Assembly (NCBI GenBank): GCA_964187785.1 | Contig: OZ076409.1 | Location: 75,084,001-75,148,000, forward strand | Direction of reading: 5' to 3' | Source: Amphiscolops sp. MND2022 | Lineage: Eukaryota | DNA: 64,000 bases | Part shown: in pieces, positions 22,492 through 35,646 of the stretch | How the letters are laid out: each line of letters begins with the position of its first letter | Position numbering within the stretch: the first letter of the stretch is position 1 | Notes under the pieces: model-generated | The model's input: only the letters and a program-made list of their open reading frames with translations | Databases searched by the model: none | What the model was told of the DNA's origin: nothing | Position numbers and translations under genes: made by a program

Positions 22492-23803
22492 GTGCCGGGA
22501 TTTCTATTCGATAAAGTATGTGGCGCGTGTGGGTAGGGTCCCTGGCGCGCTCTTGGGTATGGTGTTCACCAGCTAGGAAATAGGGGTCGATTTTTCGGGA
22601 TCTCCTAAACTAGCCACACGATTTGGCTGAAATTTGGCACACGTACCCCCCTCGGCACGGTGAAGATGATTTCCTACTGACGTTTTTCCCGCAAAATTTT
22701 TTTTGTTGTCCAAAATAACGGTTTTTGGGGTAAAATTTTGAATTTTTTTTAAATTTTATCTTATATCTCGCCACCGGTTTACGCTAGCGCTTCAAAACCC
22801 TGCTAAAGAAAGCTTGCAAACTGTCTCAGGAATGCGGTGTGAAATTTTCAGCTCAATCGGACTTAAACTCGGGGAGATATAGCGTTTTTTCGGAGCGGGG
22901 GGGTTTCATTTTTCTAACGGTCCAGCTTATCTTTGCCATTTTTTCGAAAATGCACTCGCCTAAAGGCCTCCCCTGGCCGGTTTTATTCCCAGCAAAACCA
23001 TTTGGCCCTAAATACGGAGTTTCAGCGTTCCAGCATTCCCGGGCGAAAAGTTGTGGGACTTAGAAAAGTTCAAAAATTTTCAAAAATTTTTTTTCCGTTT
23101 TCCGCCCTCCCCCCCTAGGGGAAAAGACCCCCCAACCAGTAATTTGAGTGAATTCATGTGGAAAGGCCATGTTTAGACGAAAAAATTGCCGTTTAGAACG
23201 TCTTTCTATCTCAACCTGACATTGACTTATGAAGCTTTAAAGGTGATGTTTGGACGTGTGAAGCATGTAAAAAAAGGAATTTTTTTGATTTTATTTCATC
23301 AGAAAGTCATTGAATCACACGCTGTGAAGCCCAGAGCGTGGTTTCTAATAATTTGGTATCGTTTAAACGCATTTTGGTGTCTTTTTACTCTATTTAAAAA
23401 ACTTTGCTCCTGAAAATTAGTAAAATTTTGATTACTTTTCTTACTTTCCATTAATTTTTTTTCTTATATTTTTACTTGAAACAGTTGAGTACATTCCATC
23501 TCCCTTCCCGGGGGAGATGAGAATGTACTCGCAAAAAGCCGCGAACTACGGCCCATACCTTCCCGAGATACGCAGTATAAAGATAACATAATGGTCCAGA
23601 CATTTTAATGGAGTTGTATCTTGGTAATATGTCTGGATTTGAAGAAAAATCAGCACGTGCCATTTTATACCAAGTTGCTCGCAACGACAATTAATTTAAA
23701 TCAACGCCCCCCACAAAAATCAACGCCCCCCGTCCGTGGGCATGCCGAGGCATGCCCTTCGACGACGTGCACCAAAATATGCCCCGAGCGCGTTAGCAGC
23801 TAG
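22492..23803 (+). mobile_element. Unit 17, family A subtype A1 (1312 bp)
   Basis: 5' half near-identical to unit 12, distinct 3' half; box and CTAG end. Confidence 0.7.
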
Positions 23804-25192
23804 GTGGTTGGGGCGGTCCCCAGAACGCACAAGGAGGCGCGGGGAGGGTCCTGCGCCGACGTAGAATAATTTCATATAATACTAGTATCCTACATGGGTG
23901 TTTTAGAGGCGATTTTGGAATCTAACCGTAGGATTTGGATAATTTTTTGCATGCGGCCATAACTCGAAATTCTAAGAACTTTTTCCTACTGTCATTTTCC
24001 CCGCAAATTGTTTTTTGTTGACTTATGGCCGAAAAACCGGAAATAACGTCCTTTTTAGACGTTATATCCGAAGTGTCGTCATAACTTTTTTCCAGGGCAT
24101 GCTAGCGTTCTTCTTCACTTTTACACTTAGTTGCAGCATCTCAAAATACAACTGGTGGAAACTTTTGGTTGCATTCGGATCACCCCCCACCGAGATAGAA
24201 GGCTTCCCCCCTCCAGATTTACCCCCCAAATTTGCAAAAAAAGCCAATTTTGAGCATGAAGCCGAGGATTTAGCGTACCCGCACCCTCCTGATGTTTTGT
24301 TGTACGTATTGGGGTCAATCTGACGACATGTGCGGTTTTCACCCCCAACCCCCCCTTGGACCGGAAATGACACTTTTTTGTGTTTTTTGGCAGAATTTAG
24401 CCTTTTTCATTATTAGGCAGTCGTTTTAGGGACTCCTAGCAGGATATCGAAATTGAAATACAACCTGATCACAACCCAGTGACAACATGTTGGCCACTTG
24501 GAGGTATCATCATGATCGGAAGTGGGGTCAACCCCCCTTTTTGTGACCGCTTTTTGACCTTGTGCACCAAAATGCCAACATCTTGAGGCCTAATGAGGCA
24601 TTCAAATCTGACAAAGATAAAATGTTAGACAACCGAAGTCCCGGAAGATCTTTAGCATATACCGGAAGTTACCCCCCATGACCGGAAGTTACCCAATGTG
24701 ACCGGAAATGGTCCAAAAATTAATGTAAAGTTGAATTTTTCACTATTTCAAGACCACTTAATTGAAACTTTTCAATCTCAAAACTAGCGTACTGGCTTGT
24801 TTTGCTGAATTTATGGAAATTGATGAGCTCTATCGCCCCCGATAGCCTTCGAAGTTGACCTTGCGTCAACTTTGGAGGCTATCGATAAAGAAAAATGAAC
24901 AACAAAGTACATTGTTGCTCTCGTTTTTTTCCCGTTGTTTTTCCTCAAACATTCTTGAGACATATACATGGCCGTTAGTTGAAATCAATATTTAGCCCAT
25001 GTTATAGCTGGAGCAGCGAAGCGTTACACAGACTAGTGTGGTTTTGAAATCACACTATTTAAATTAACAACTGACCGTCTTAGTCAACTCCACACATTCA
25101 TACCAACGCCCACCGTCTGTGGGCATGCCGAGGCATGCCCTTCGACGACGTATGACGAATCTAATCCAACGACACCCGCAGTCCTCAGCTAG
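23804..25192 (+). mobile_element. Unit 18, family B (1389 bp)
   Basis: Starts GTGGTTGGGGCGGTCCCC, ends GCAGTCCTCAGCTAG; near-identical to unit 27. Confidence 0.7.
24840..24884 (+). other. Long internal stem-loop of family B (representative copy)
   Basis: CGATAGCCTTCGAAGTTGAC-CTTGC-GTCAACTTTGGAGGCTATCG: 20-bp stem with two G-T wobbles. Confidence 0.85.
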
Positions 25193-26581
25193 GTGGTTGG
25201 GGCCGTCCCCAGAACGCACAAGGAGGCGCGGGGAGGGTCCTGCGCCGACGTAGAATAATTTCATATAATACTAGTATCCTACATGGGTGTTTTAGAGGCG
25301 ATTTTGGAATCTAACCGTAGGATTTGGATAATTTTTTGCATGCGGCCATAACTCAAAATTCTAAGAACTTTTTCCTACTGTCATTTTCCCCGCAAATTGT
25401 TTTTTGTTGACTTATGGCCGAAAAACCGGAAATAACGTACTTTTTAGACGTTATATCCGAAGTGTCGTCATAACTTTTTTCCAGGGCATGCTAGCGTTCT
25501 CGTTCACTTTTACACTTAGTTGCAGCATCTCAAAATACAACTGGTGGAAAAGTTTGGTTGCATTCGGATCACCCCCCACCGAGATAGAAGGGTTCCCCCC
25601 TCCAGGTTTACCCCCCAAATTTGCAAAATAGCCAATTTTGAGCATGAAGCCGAGGATTTAGCGTACCCATACCCTCCTGATGTTTTGTTGTACGTATTGG
25701 GGTCAATCTGACGACATGTGTGGTTTTCACCCCCAACCCCCCCTTGGACCGGAAATGACACTTTTTTGTGTTTTTTGGCAGAATTTAGCCTTTTTCATTA
25801 TTAGGCAGTCGTTTTAGGGACTCCTAGCAGGATATCGAAATTGAAATACGACCTGATCACAACCCAGTGACAACATAGTGGCAACTTGGAGGTATCATCA
25901 TGACCGGAAGTGGGGTCAACCCCCCTTTTTGTGACCGCTTTTTGACCTTGTGCACCAAAATGCCAACATCTTGAGGCCTAATGAGGCATTCAAATCTGTA
26001 CCAAGATAAAATGTTAGACAACCGAAGTCCCGGAAGATCTTTAGCATATACCGGAAGTTACCCCCCATGACCGGAAGTTACCCAATGTGACCGGAAATGG
26101 TCCAAAAATTAATGTAAAGTTGAATTTTTCACTATTTCAAGACCTCTTAAGTGAAACTTTTCAATCTATAAACTAGCGTACTGGCTTGTTTTGCTAAATT
26201 TATGGAAATTGATGAGCTCTATCGCCCCCGATAGCCTTCGAAGTTGACCTTGCGTCAACTTTGTAGGCTATCGATAAAGAAAAATGAACAACAAAGTACA
26301 TTGTTGCTCTCGTTTTTTTCCCGTTGTTTTTCCTCAAACATTCTTGAGACATATACATGGCCGTTAGTTGAAATCAATATTTAGCCCATGTTATAGCTGG
26401 AGCAGCGAAGCGTTACACAGACTAGTGTGGTTTTGAAATCACACTATTTAAATTAACAACTGACCGTCTTAGTCAACTCCACACATTCATACCAACGCCC
26501 ACCGTCTGTGGGCATGCCGAGGCATGCCCTTCGACGACGTATGACGAATCCACTCCAACGACACCCGCAGTCCTCAGCTAG
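25193..26581 (+). mobile_element. Unit 19, family B (1389 bp)
   Basis: Full-length homology to unit 18. Confidence 0.7.
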
Positions 26582-27860
26582 GTGGCCGTGTCTTTTCGAC
26601 GTGCTTTTGCATCGAGGAGTGGGTAGGGCCCCGCGACGACCTAGAAGAATTGGATGCTCACCGAAACGTGCAGAATTCTACGAGATCTCATAGTTTGAGC
26701 CATACGATTTTTCTGAAATTTGGCATGTGGCCTGGAATTGGTGAGTAGGTAAAACGTGTAGGAGGTAATTTTTCCCAAATTCCATTGTGAGAGGAGATAT
26801 GGGCAAATAACGGACCCAAAAATGGGGAAAATGCACTTTTTTCAAGTTTGTCAGCCAATATCTCATTTCCAGGTGCCCGTAGCGTTCCGCACGTGGACAT
26901 TAATATTGCTCAGCGCTGTTAGAAGAGTGCGTGGACAAATTTTGGTTCAAATCGGACTGAAACTTGGCGAGAAATTAACGGTTTTTTGGGCGTTTCCGGG
27001 GTAAATTTTTTAACGGTCCAGCTTATCTTTGCCATTTTTTCGAAAATGTACTTGCCTAAAGGCCTCCCCCTGGCCGAATTTCCTCCCAGCAAACCCATTT
27101 GGCCCTAAATACGGAGTTTCAGCGTTCCAGCATTTCCGGGCGAAAAGTTGTGGGACTTAGAAAAATTTCAAAATTTTTCAAAAAATTTTTTTTCCGTTTT
27201 CCGCCCCCCCAGAGGGGAAAAGACCCCCCAACCAGTATTTTGAGGGATTGCATGTCGAAAGCCCTTGTTTTGACGAGAAAAATACCGTTTAGAACATCTT
27301 TTTATTTTAACTTGACGTTGACTAATGACGTTTTGAATGTGATGTTTGGACGTGTGAGGCATGTGAAAAGTTGATGTTTTGAGTCTTTATCTCATGTGAA
27401 AGCGATTGAGATGCAAGCTGTACTGCTCAAAACGTCTTTCGTTGTAGTTTTCCAGTGCCGCAATAACCTTTGATGTCATTTGAATATACTTTTCTTCGAT
27501 ATATTAACAATTTTATTGTATTTATTCCAATTTTTGTTATCTTATAACTCAAAACAGTTGAGTACATTTCATCTCCCTTTCGGGGGAGATGAGAATGTAC
27601 TCGCTAAAAACCTAGTGCTATTGCGCCGCAATGATTGCAAAAGTTGTTTTTACTGCTGTTCCACAAGCATTTTTAAACTGACTTTTTTAAAACTATTAAT
27701 TAACTTAAAGTACATTACTTGAACTTACTACTAATACCACCTATCTCTAACGTCAACGCCCCCCTGCTTGCATCAACGCCCACCGTCCGTGGGCATGCCG
27801 AGGCATGCCCTTCGACGACGTATGCCAAATGCCCAGTGCCACGCAGTCTTTTCCCGCTAG
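26582..27860 (+). mobile_element. Unit 20, family A subtype A2 (1279 bp)
   Basis: Near-identical to unit 2 but flanked on both sides by family B units. Confidence 0.7.
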
Positions 27861-29531
27861 GTGGTTGGGGCGGTCCCAAGAACGCACAAGGAGGCGCGGG
27901 GAGGGTCCTGCGCCGACGTAGAATAATTTCATATAATACTAGTATCCTACATGGGTGTTTTAGAGGCGATTTTGGAATCTAACCGTAGGATTTGGATAAT
28001 TTTTTGCATGCGGCCATAACTCAAAATTCTAAGAACTTTTTCCTACTGTCATTTTCCCCGCAAATTGTTTTTTGTTGACTTATGGCCGAAAAACCGGAAA
28101 TAACGTCCTTTTTAGACGTTATATCCGAAGTGTCGTCATAACTTTTTTCCAGGGCATGCTAGCGTTCTCGTTCACTTTTACACTTAGTTGCAGCATCTCA
28201 AAATACAACTGGTGGAAAATTTTGGTTTCATTCGGATCACCCCCCACCGAGATAGAAGGGTTCCCCCCTCCAGTTTTACCCCCCAAATTTGCAAAATAGC
28301 CAATTTTGAGCATGAAGCCGAGGATTTAGCGTACCCATACCCTCCTGATGTTTTGTTGTACTTATGGCCGAAAAACCGGAAATAACGTCCTTTTTAGACG
28401 TTATATCCGAAGTGTCGTCATAACTTTTTTCCAGGGCATGCTAGCGTTCTCGTTCACTTTTACACTTAGTTGCAGCATCTCAAAATACAACTGGTGGAAA
28501 ATTTTGGTTTCATTCGGATCACCCCCCACCGAGATAGAAGGGTTCCCCCCTCCAGTTTTACCCCCCAAATTTGCAAAATAGCCAATTTTGAGCATGAAGC
28601 CGAGGATTTAGCGTACCCATACCCTCCTGATGTTTTGTTGTACGTATTGGGGTCAATCTGACGACATGTGTGGTTTTCACCCCCAACCCCCCCTTGGACC
28701 GGAAATGACACTTTTTTGTGTTTTTTGGCAGAATTTAGCCTTTTTCATTATTAGGCAGTCGTTTTAGGGACTCCTAGCAGGATATCGAAATTGAAATACG
28801 ACCTGATCACAACCCAGTGACAACATAGTGGCAACTTGGAGGTATCATCATGACCGGAAGTGGGGTCAACCCCCCTTTTTGTGACCGCTTTTTGACCTTG
28901 TGCACCAAAATGCCAACATCTTGAGGCCTAATGAGGCATTCAAATCTGTACCAAGATACAATGTTAGACAACCGAAGTCCCGGAAGATCTTTAGCATATA
29001 CCGGAAGTTACCCCCCATGACCGGAAGTTACCCAATGTGACCGGAAATGGTCCAAAAATTAATGTAAAGTTGAATTTTTCACTATTTCAAGACCACTTAA
29101 TTGAAACTTTTCAATCTATAAACTAGCGTACTGGCTTGTTTTGCTGAATTTATGGAAATTGATGAGCTCTATCGCCCCCGATAGCCTTCGAAGTTGACCT
29201 TGCGTCAACTTTGTAGGCTATCGATAAAGAAAAATGAACAACAAAGTACATTGTTGCTCTCGTTTTTTTCCCGTTGTTTTTCCTCAAACATTCTTGAGAC
29301 ATATACATGGCCGTTAGTTGAAATCAATATTTAGCCCATGTTATAGCTGGAGCAGCGAAGCGTTACACAGACTAGTGTGGTTTTGAAATCACACTATTTA
29401 AATTAACAACTGACCGTCTTAGTCAACTCCACACATTCATACCAACGCCCACCGTCTGTGGGCATGCCGAGGCATGCCCTTCGACGACGTATGACGAATC
29501 CACTCCAACGACACCCGCAGTCCTCAGCTAG
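27861..29531 (+). mobile_element. Unit 21, family B with internal 282-bp tandem duplication (1671 bp)
   Basis: Family B ends; 28079-28360 repeated at 28361-28642. Confidence 0.7.
28079..28642 (+). repeat. 282-bp direct tandem duplication inside unit 21
   Basis: CTTATGGCCGAAAAACCGG begins at both 28079 and 28361; the ORF track repeats with a 282-nt offset. Confidence 0.95.
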
Positions 29532-30803
29532 GTGGCCGGGAATTTTTTTTCTGCTCAATTCTTTGCCAACTGGGGGAGGGGCCCCTGGTGGCTGTTACCC
29601 AAATTACATACCTACTAAATTCCGGTGCTCTGAGTACGATCTCGAAAACCACCCGACAGATTTTTCTGAAAATTTGCATACAGGCCTAGAATCAAATCCT
29701 AAGAACTATTTCCTCCTAGCGTTTTTCCGAATTTTTTCAAAAAGTTGGTCAAAAATGCAACAAAAGTTGCCAATGGACATAAGAAACGCAACTTTTCGAC
29801 TTTGAGGGCCTATAACTTTTTCCAGAGCGCCCGGAGCGGTTCGCACGTGGACCACAACATTGCTCAGCATTGTCGGAGGAGTGCGTGGACAAATTTTGGT
29901 TAGAATCGGATGAACATTGACTGAGAAATAAACGCAAATTTTCGTGCATTTGTTGCAAATACCAGTCTATCTCTGCCATTTTTGCCCAAAATTTTTCCCA
30001 GAGCCTTTACAGGAGGCAACCCCTGCCCAAATTTCTGCCGAGCGAACCCATTTGGCCCTAAATACGAGGTTTCAGCGTTCTAGCATTTCCGGGCAAAAAG
30101 TTGTGGGACTTAGAAAAATTTCAAAAAACCGCAAAAAATGTAAAAAGTAACTTCTGGCGTCCCAAAGTCAAGAAACTTTCACACAACTAGTATTGCAAGT
30201 GAATGCATGTGGAAAGTACTCGGATAGACGCAAAAAATGAGCTATAGAACGACTCTGTAGCTTAATCTGACGCTGACTTATGACATTTTGAGTGTGAGCA
30301 TCCTATAGGATTTTAATGTCAAAAATGAGATTTTGTAAGTCATGTCTCATCAAAAACTCATCGGAATACGTTCAATCATCCCCATAGCTGTTCAATCACC
30401 GTGGTTTAGTAGAGCAACGCCATTTAATGTCTTTGGACCCATTTTGAAAATTTTCTTTACCGTCTTATTCGTCCGATATCACGAAACAGTTGAGTACATT
30501 CCATCTCCCCCTTGGGGGGAGATGAGAATGTACTCGCCAAAGACCTAATACAATGGCCCATATTGGTTTTTATTTGACCATTCTCACGATATTGCACACG
30601 AATAACTGTGTTTGGTAAAAGTTTTCCTTTGCACCATGTCTCCAGAAGCTAAACCACTTCTTCAGCTGACTACTTCTACTCAAACATCACTAACGTCAAC
30701 GCCACATACTCGCATCAACGCCCACCGTCCGTGGGCATGCCGAGGCATGCCCTTCGACGACGTATGCCAAATAGCGCCACCTGGCGCCCCCAATTTCCGC
30801 TAG
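29532..30803 (+). mobile_element. Unit 22, family A subtype A4 (1272 bp)
   Basis: Starts GTGGCCGGGAA; A2-like middle, unit 6/11-like body; terminal hairpin GCGCCA-CC-TGGCGC. Confidence 0.7.
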
Positions 30804-32080
30804 GTGGCCGGAAATTTTTTTTTTCAGCAAAATCTTTGCCATTGGGGGAGGGGCCCCGGATGGCCAGTAGTTCGGCTTGGCTACCTGCAAAATCAGGTAC
30901 AAAAAAACACGATCTCAAAATTGGCCCGTCAGAATTCGCTCATTTTTTGCATGCGGCCCTAGAATCAATATATAAGAACAAAGTCCTGCTGACGTTTTGC
31001 CGAAAAAACATTTTTTGTTGACCAAAAATAACATTTTTCATGCCAAAATGACCGTTTTTTCACATTTTTCAACTTTGAGAGCTCATATCTCGTTCCCAGG
31101 TGCCCGGAGCCGTTCGCACGTGAACTGCAATATTGCTCAGCGTTGTTAACGGAGTGCGTGGACAAATTTTGGTCCAAATCGGACTTAAACTCGGGGAGAT
31201 ATAAACGGATTTTTGGGAGTTTCCGGGGTAAATTTTTTAACGGTCCAGCTTATCTTTGCCATTTTTTGGAAAATGTACTCGCCTAAAGGCCTCCCCCTGG
31301 CCGAATTTACTCCCAGCAAAACCATTTGGCCCTAAATACGGAGTTTCAGCGTTCTAGCATTTCCGGGCGAAAAGTTGTGGGACTTAGAAAAAATTCAAAA
31401 TTTTTCAAAATTTTTTTTTCGTTTTCCGGCCCCCCAATGAAGGGGAACGACCCCCCAACTAGGATTTTTGGTGAATCCATGCGAAAAGGTCTTGTTTAGT
31501 GGAGAAAAATGCCGTTTAGAGCGACTTTTTATCTTAACTTGACGTTGACTTATGTCGTTTTGAATTTGATATTAGTATGTGTTGAGCATGTGAAAAGTTG
31601 AATATTTCAGTTGTTCTTTCGTGTTAGCCATTGAGATACAAGCTGTAGTGATCAAATTGTGATTTTTTGCAATTTCGTGGTGCTTTTGGTGTATTTTGAT
31701 TCTTTTGATAAAAAAGTTGTTCTTTATATATTGACAATTTTGGTGTATTGATTCAAATGAACATGAAACAGTTGAGTACATTTCATCTCCCTCTCGGGGG
31801 AGATGAGAATGTACTCGCTAAAGTCCTAGTACTATGACCCATTTTTGTTTTTATCAGACGCAGATACTGCCAACGGATACTTTTTGTTGGTGCAACTTTC
31901 CCCTGCACAATGTCTTTAGAAGCTAGAAAATTCTATGTCTCTAGCTTACTTCTCCTACAAATTCGTCACCAACGTCAACGCCACACACTCTCACTAACGC
32001 CCACCGTCTGTGGGCATGCCGAGGCATGCCCTTCGACGACGTATGCCAAATAGCGCCACAGGGCGCCCAATTTTGTCTAG
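30804..32080 (+). mobile_element. Unit 23, family A subtype A4 (1277 bp)
   Basis: Starts GTGGCCGGAAA; unit 3-like body; terminal hairpin GCGCC-ACAG-GGCGC before CTAG. Confidence 0.7.
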
Positions 32081-34258
32081 GTGGATGGTATTTTATAACA
32101 ATTAAAATGTTTTTTTCCGGAGTTTGTGGCTTTGGAAAAAACAAAAGGCGAGAAATTGGGCACTCCAGGCTGAACCTAAAAACACCCTAAAATTCGCCCG
32201 ATTTTTTTACGATCTCGAAACCCAACCGTACGATTTGGCTGAAAATTTGCATGTGGCTCCTAATCAATGAGTAATGAAAAAGTGTAGAAATGACTTTTCC
32301 TGGGAAAATTGTTTTTGTTGCACTTTTTGCGCAATTTTTGACCGATTGTTGCGTTTTTTATGTCACTTTTGACTTTTCAGGCAAAAAACTCATGGATGCT
32401 TTGATCCTAGCGCATCCAGTGTTTCGACCAAAAAGTTGCAGCATGTTCTTTTACGTATGTTGAGAAAATTTGGTTGCCATCGTATTACCCCCCACTGAGA
32501 TAGAGGGGGACTTCCGGTGGATTTTAGCACCCTAAAAACAAGGACCTCCTAAATTTCAGCATGAAGCGGTAGTTTTAGCGTGCTCATACCCTGCTGAAAC
32601 TTTGTTGGGCATAATGAGATTGTCCTGATATCATGTGTTCAGTTCACCCCCCATCACCCCCTGGACCGGAAATGAGCTTTTTTTGCACTATCATACCGGA
32701 AGTCTCCAATTTCACCGTTAAGCAGTCCTTGTACGAGCAACTACCAGGACATCAAAATTGAAGTACCACCTGAGGTCAACATAGTGACCACGTGTTGTCC
32801 AGTCATAGGTTCCGCTATGACCGGAAATGGGGTCAAAACCCCCTTTTTTGGTTGTTTTTTAACAATTTGACTAGTGTTTGGTCCACATTCAAGTCGCGTA
32901 AGTCAATTGAATCAGCGTGAGCATAAACTGTATGTTCACTGCGTAGACGTAACTGACACTGACAGATACCGGAAGTAACCCCCCGTGACCGGAAGTTGTC
33001 ATTTTTGACCGGAAATGGTCCAAAATGTACCGTAAAATCAGTTTTTCACTGCTTTTTAAAGTCAACTTATTACTTTTTCAATCTCCGCGAGCTTGTATTC
33101 AGGTTCGTTTTTGTTACCCGTGCACTTTGCAACAAGTATACATCTGTAAAATTTTCTCTATGATATCTTCGGATAGAGAAATAACATATTTTTGAGACTT
33201 TTTTCAAAAATATTAGACTATATCTGTCATTTTTACCCAAAGTTTTTCAACAGTACAACCACAGTGGTTAGTCTCTGCCCAAATTTATGCCTAACAAAAC
33301 TATTTGGCCCATTGGCCTCAGTTTGAGCGTTCCAGCTTTGCGTGATCATAAGCTAAGGGACATGAAAAATTTTCGAACTTTTTTCAAAAAAAAATCTCAC
33401 ATTCATGTCTCCCAAAGTGAAGAAACTTCCACACAACTAGGATTGCAAGTGGATGCCTGTGGCAAGCCCTATAATTGAAGAGAAAAATGCCGCTTAGAAC
33501 GTCTCTTTATCGTAACTTGACGTTAACGTATGGTGTTTTGAATGTGAGCTTGATAAGGCGTCGAGAAGTCAAAGTGTGTAAATGGAACGTACGTCTCGTC
33601 GAAAACTCATCGGAATTCATGCAATGAACCCCAATTGTCCTCAATGGCAGTTGCCTACTGCAACAACGTCTTTCTGGTACTTTTCACCCACTTTCATAAG
33701 TGTCAAAATTCTTTTTAAATTCAGTTAGCAAGAAGTACTTGAGTACATTTTCATCTCTCCCCAGCGGGTGAGATGAGAATGTTCTTGCTTAATGCCAGGT
33801 ACTACGGCCCCCTTTTGTTTTAATGCGACGCATTCTCTGCTTTAGCACATAGATATTTCATTTCGCCTGGTTTTTTGTATACTCTCTGACTTGTTATTAT
33901 AAAGTTCTCGTCATTACTTTACATAAATTTACAACCATAAATCGTTATCGGCAACGCCACATACATTTAGACGCCCACCATTCTGTAGGTATGTCGAGGC
34001 ATACCTTTCGATTACCTATGTCATAACGCAAACGCGATAAAAAGTGCTGAAATTCAGAAACAGTGAGAAACAATTTTCACTATTTGACATATGGTAGGTT
34101 TCTATAGGGAACTTACACATCACTGACATTTCACAACATTCCAGCTGACGCCCACATACCAACATCAACGCCCACCGTCCGTGGGCATGCCGAGGCATGC
34201 CCTTCGACGACGTATGCCAAATTTTTTAAAATCTACACCCAATTGCGGTAGCTGCTAG
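32081..34258 (+). mobile_element. Unit 24, family C (2178 bp)
   Basis: Starts GTGGATGGTATTTT; same length as and near-identical to units 29 and 33; carries relic and intact terminal boxes. Confidence 0.7.
33971..34012 (+). repeat. Relic second copy of the terminal box inside family C (also near 37565, 41130, 43305, 51637, 53811)
   Basis: ACGCCCACCATTCTGT-AGGTATGTC-GA-GGCATACCT-TTCGA, 196 nt upstream of the intact box at 34183-34202. Confidence 0.85.
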
Positions 34259-35646
34259 GTGGTTGGGGCGGTCCCCAGAACGCACAAGGAGGCGCGGGGA
34301 GGGTCCTGCGCCGACGTAGAATAATTTCATATAATACTAGTATCCTACATGGGTGTTTTAGAGGCGATTTTGGAATCTAACCGTAGGATTTGGATAATTT
34401 TTTGCATGCGGCCATAACTCGAAATTCTAAGAACTTTTTCCTACTGTCATTTTCCCCGCAAATTGTTTTTTGTTGACTTATGGCCGAAAAACCGGAAATA
34501 ACGTCCTTTTTAGACGTTATATCCGAAGTGTCGTCATAACTTTTTTCCAGGGCATGCTAGCGTTCTCGTTCACTTTTACACTTAGTTGCAGCATCTCAAA
34601 ATACAACTGGTGGAAAATTTTGGTTGCATTCGGATCACCCCCCACCGAGATAGAAGGGTTCCCCCCTCCAGTTTTACCCCCCAAATTTGCAAAATAGCCA
34701 ATTTTGAGCATGAAGCCGAGGATTTAGCGTACCCGCACCCTCCTGATGTTTTGTTGTACGTATTGGGGTCAATCTGACGACATGTGTGGTTTTCACCCCC
34801 AACCCCCCCTTGGACCGGAAATGACACTTTTTTGTGTTTTTTGGCAGAATTTAGCCTTTTTCATTATTAGGCAGTCGTTTTAGGGACTCCTAGCAGGATA
34901 TCGAAATTGAAATACAACCTGATCGCAACCCAGTGACAACATGTTGGCCACTTGGAGGTATCATCATGACCGGAAGTGGGGTCAACCCCCCTTTTTGTGA
35001 CCGCTTTTTGACCTTGTGCACCAAAATGCCAACATCTTGAGGCCTAATGAGGCATTCAAATCTGTACAAAGATAAAATGTTAGACAACCGAAGTCCCGGA
35101 AGATCTTTAGCATATACCGGAAGTTACCCCCCATGACCGGAAGTTACCCAATGTGACCGGAAATGGTCCAAAAATTAATGTAAAGTTGAATTTTTCACTA
35201 TTTCAAGACCACTTAATTGAAACTTTTCAATCTCAAAACTAGCGTACTGGCTTGTTTTGCCGAATTTATGGAAATTGATGAGCTCTATCGCCCCCGATAG
35301 CCTTCGAAGTTGACCTTGCGTCAACTTTGGAGGCTATCGATAAAGAAAAATGAACAACAAAGTACATTGTTGCTCTCGTTTTTTCCCGTTGTTTTTCCTC
35401 AAACATTCTTGAGACATATACATGGCCGTTAGTTGAAATCAATATTTAGCCCATGTTATAGCTGGAGCAGCGAAGCGTTACACAGACTAGTGTGGTTTTG
35501 AAATCACACTATTTAAATTAACAACTGACCGTCTTAGTCAACTCCACACATTCATACCAACGCTCACCGTCTGTGGGCATGCCGAGGCATGCCCTTCGAC
35601 GACGTATGACGAATCCACTCCAACGACACCCGCAGTCCTCAGCTAG
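34259..35646 (+). mobile_element. Unit 25, family B (1388 bp)
   Basis: Full-length homology to units 18 and 19. Confidence 0.7.
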
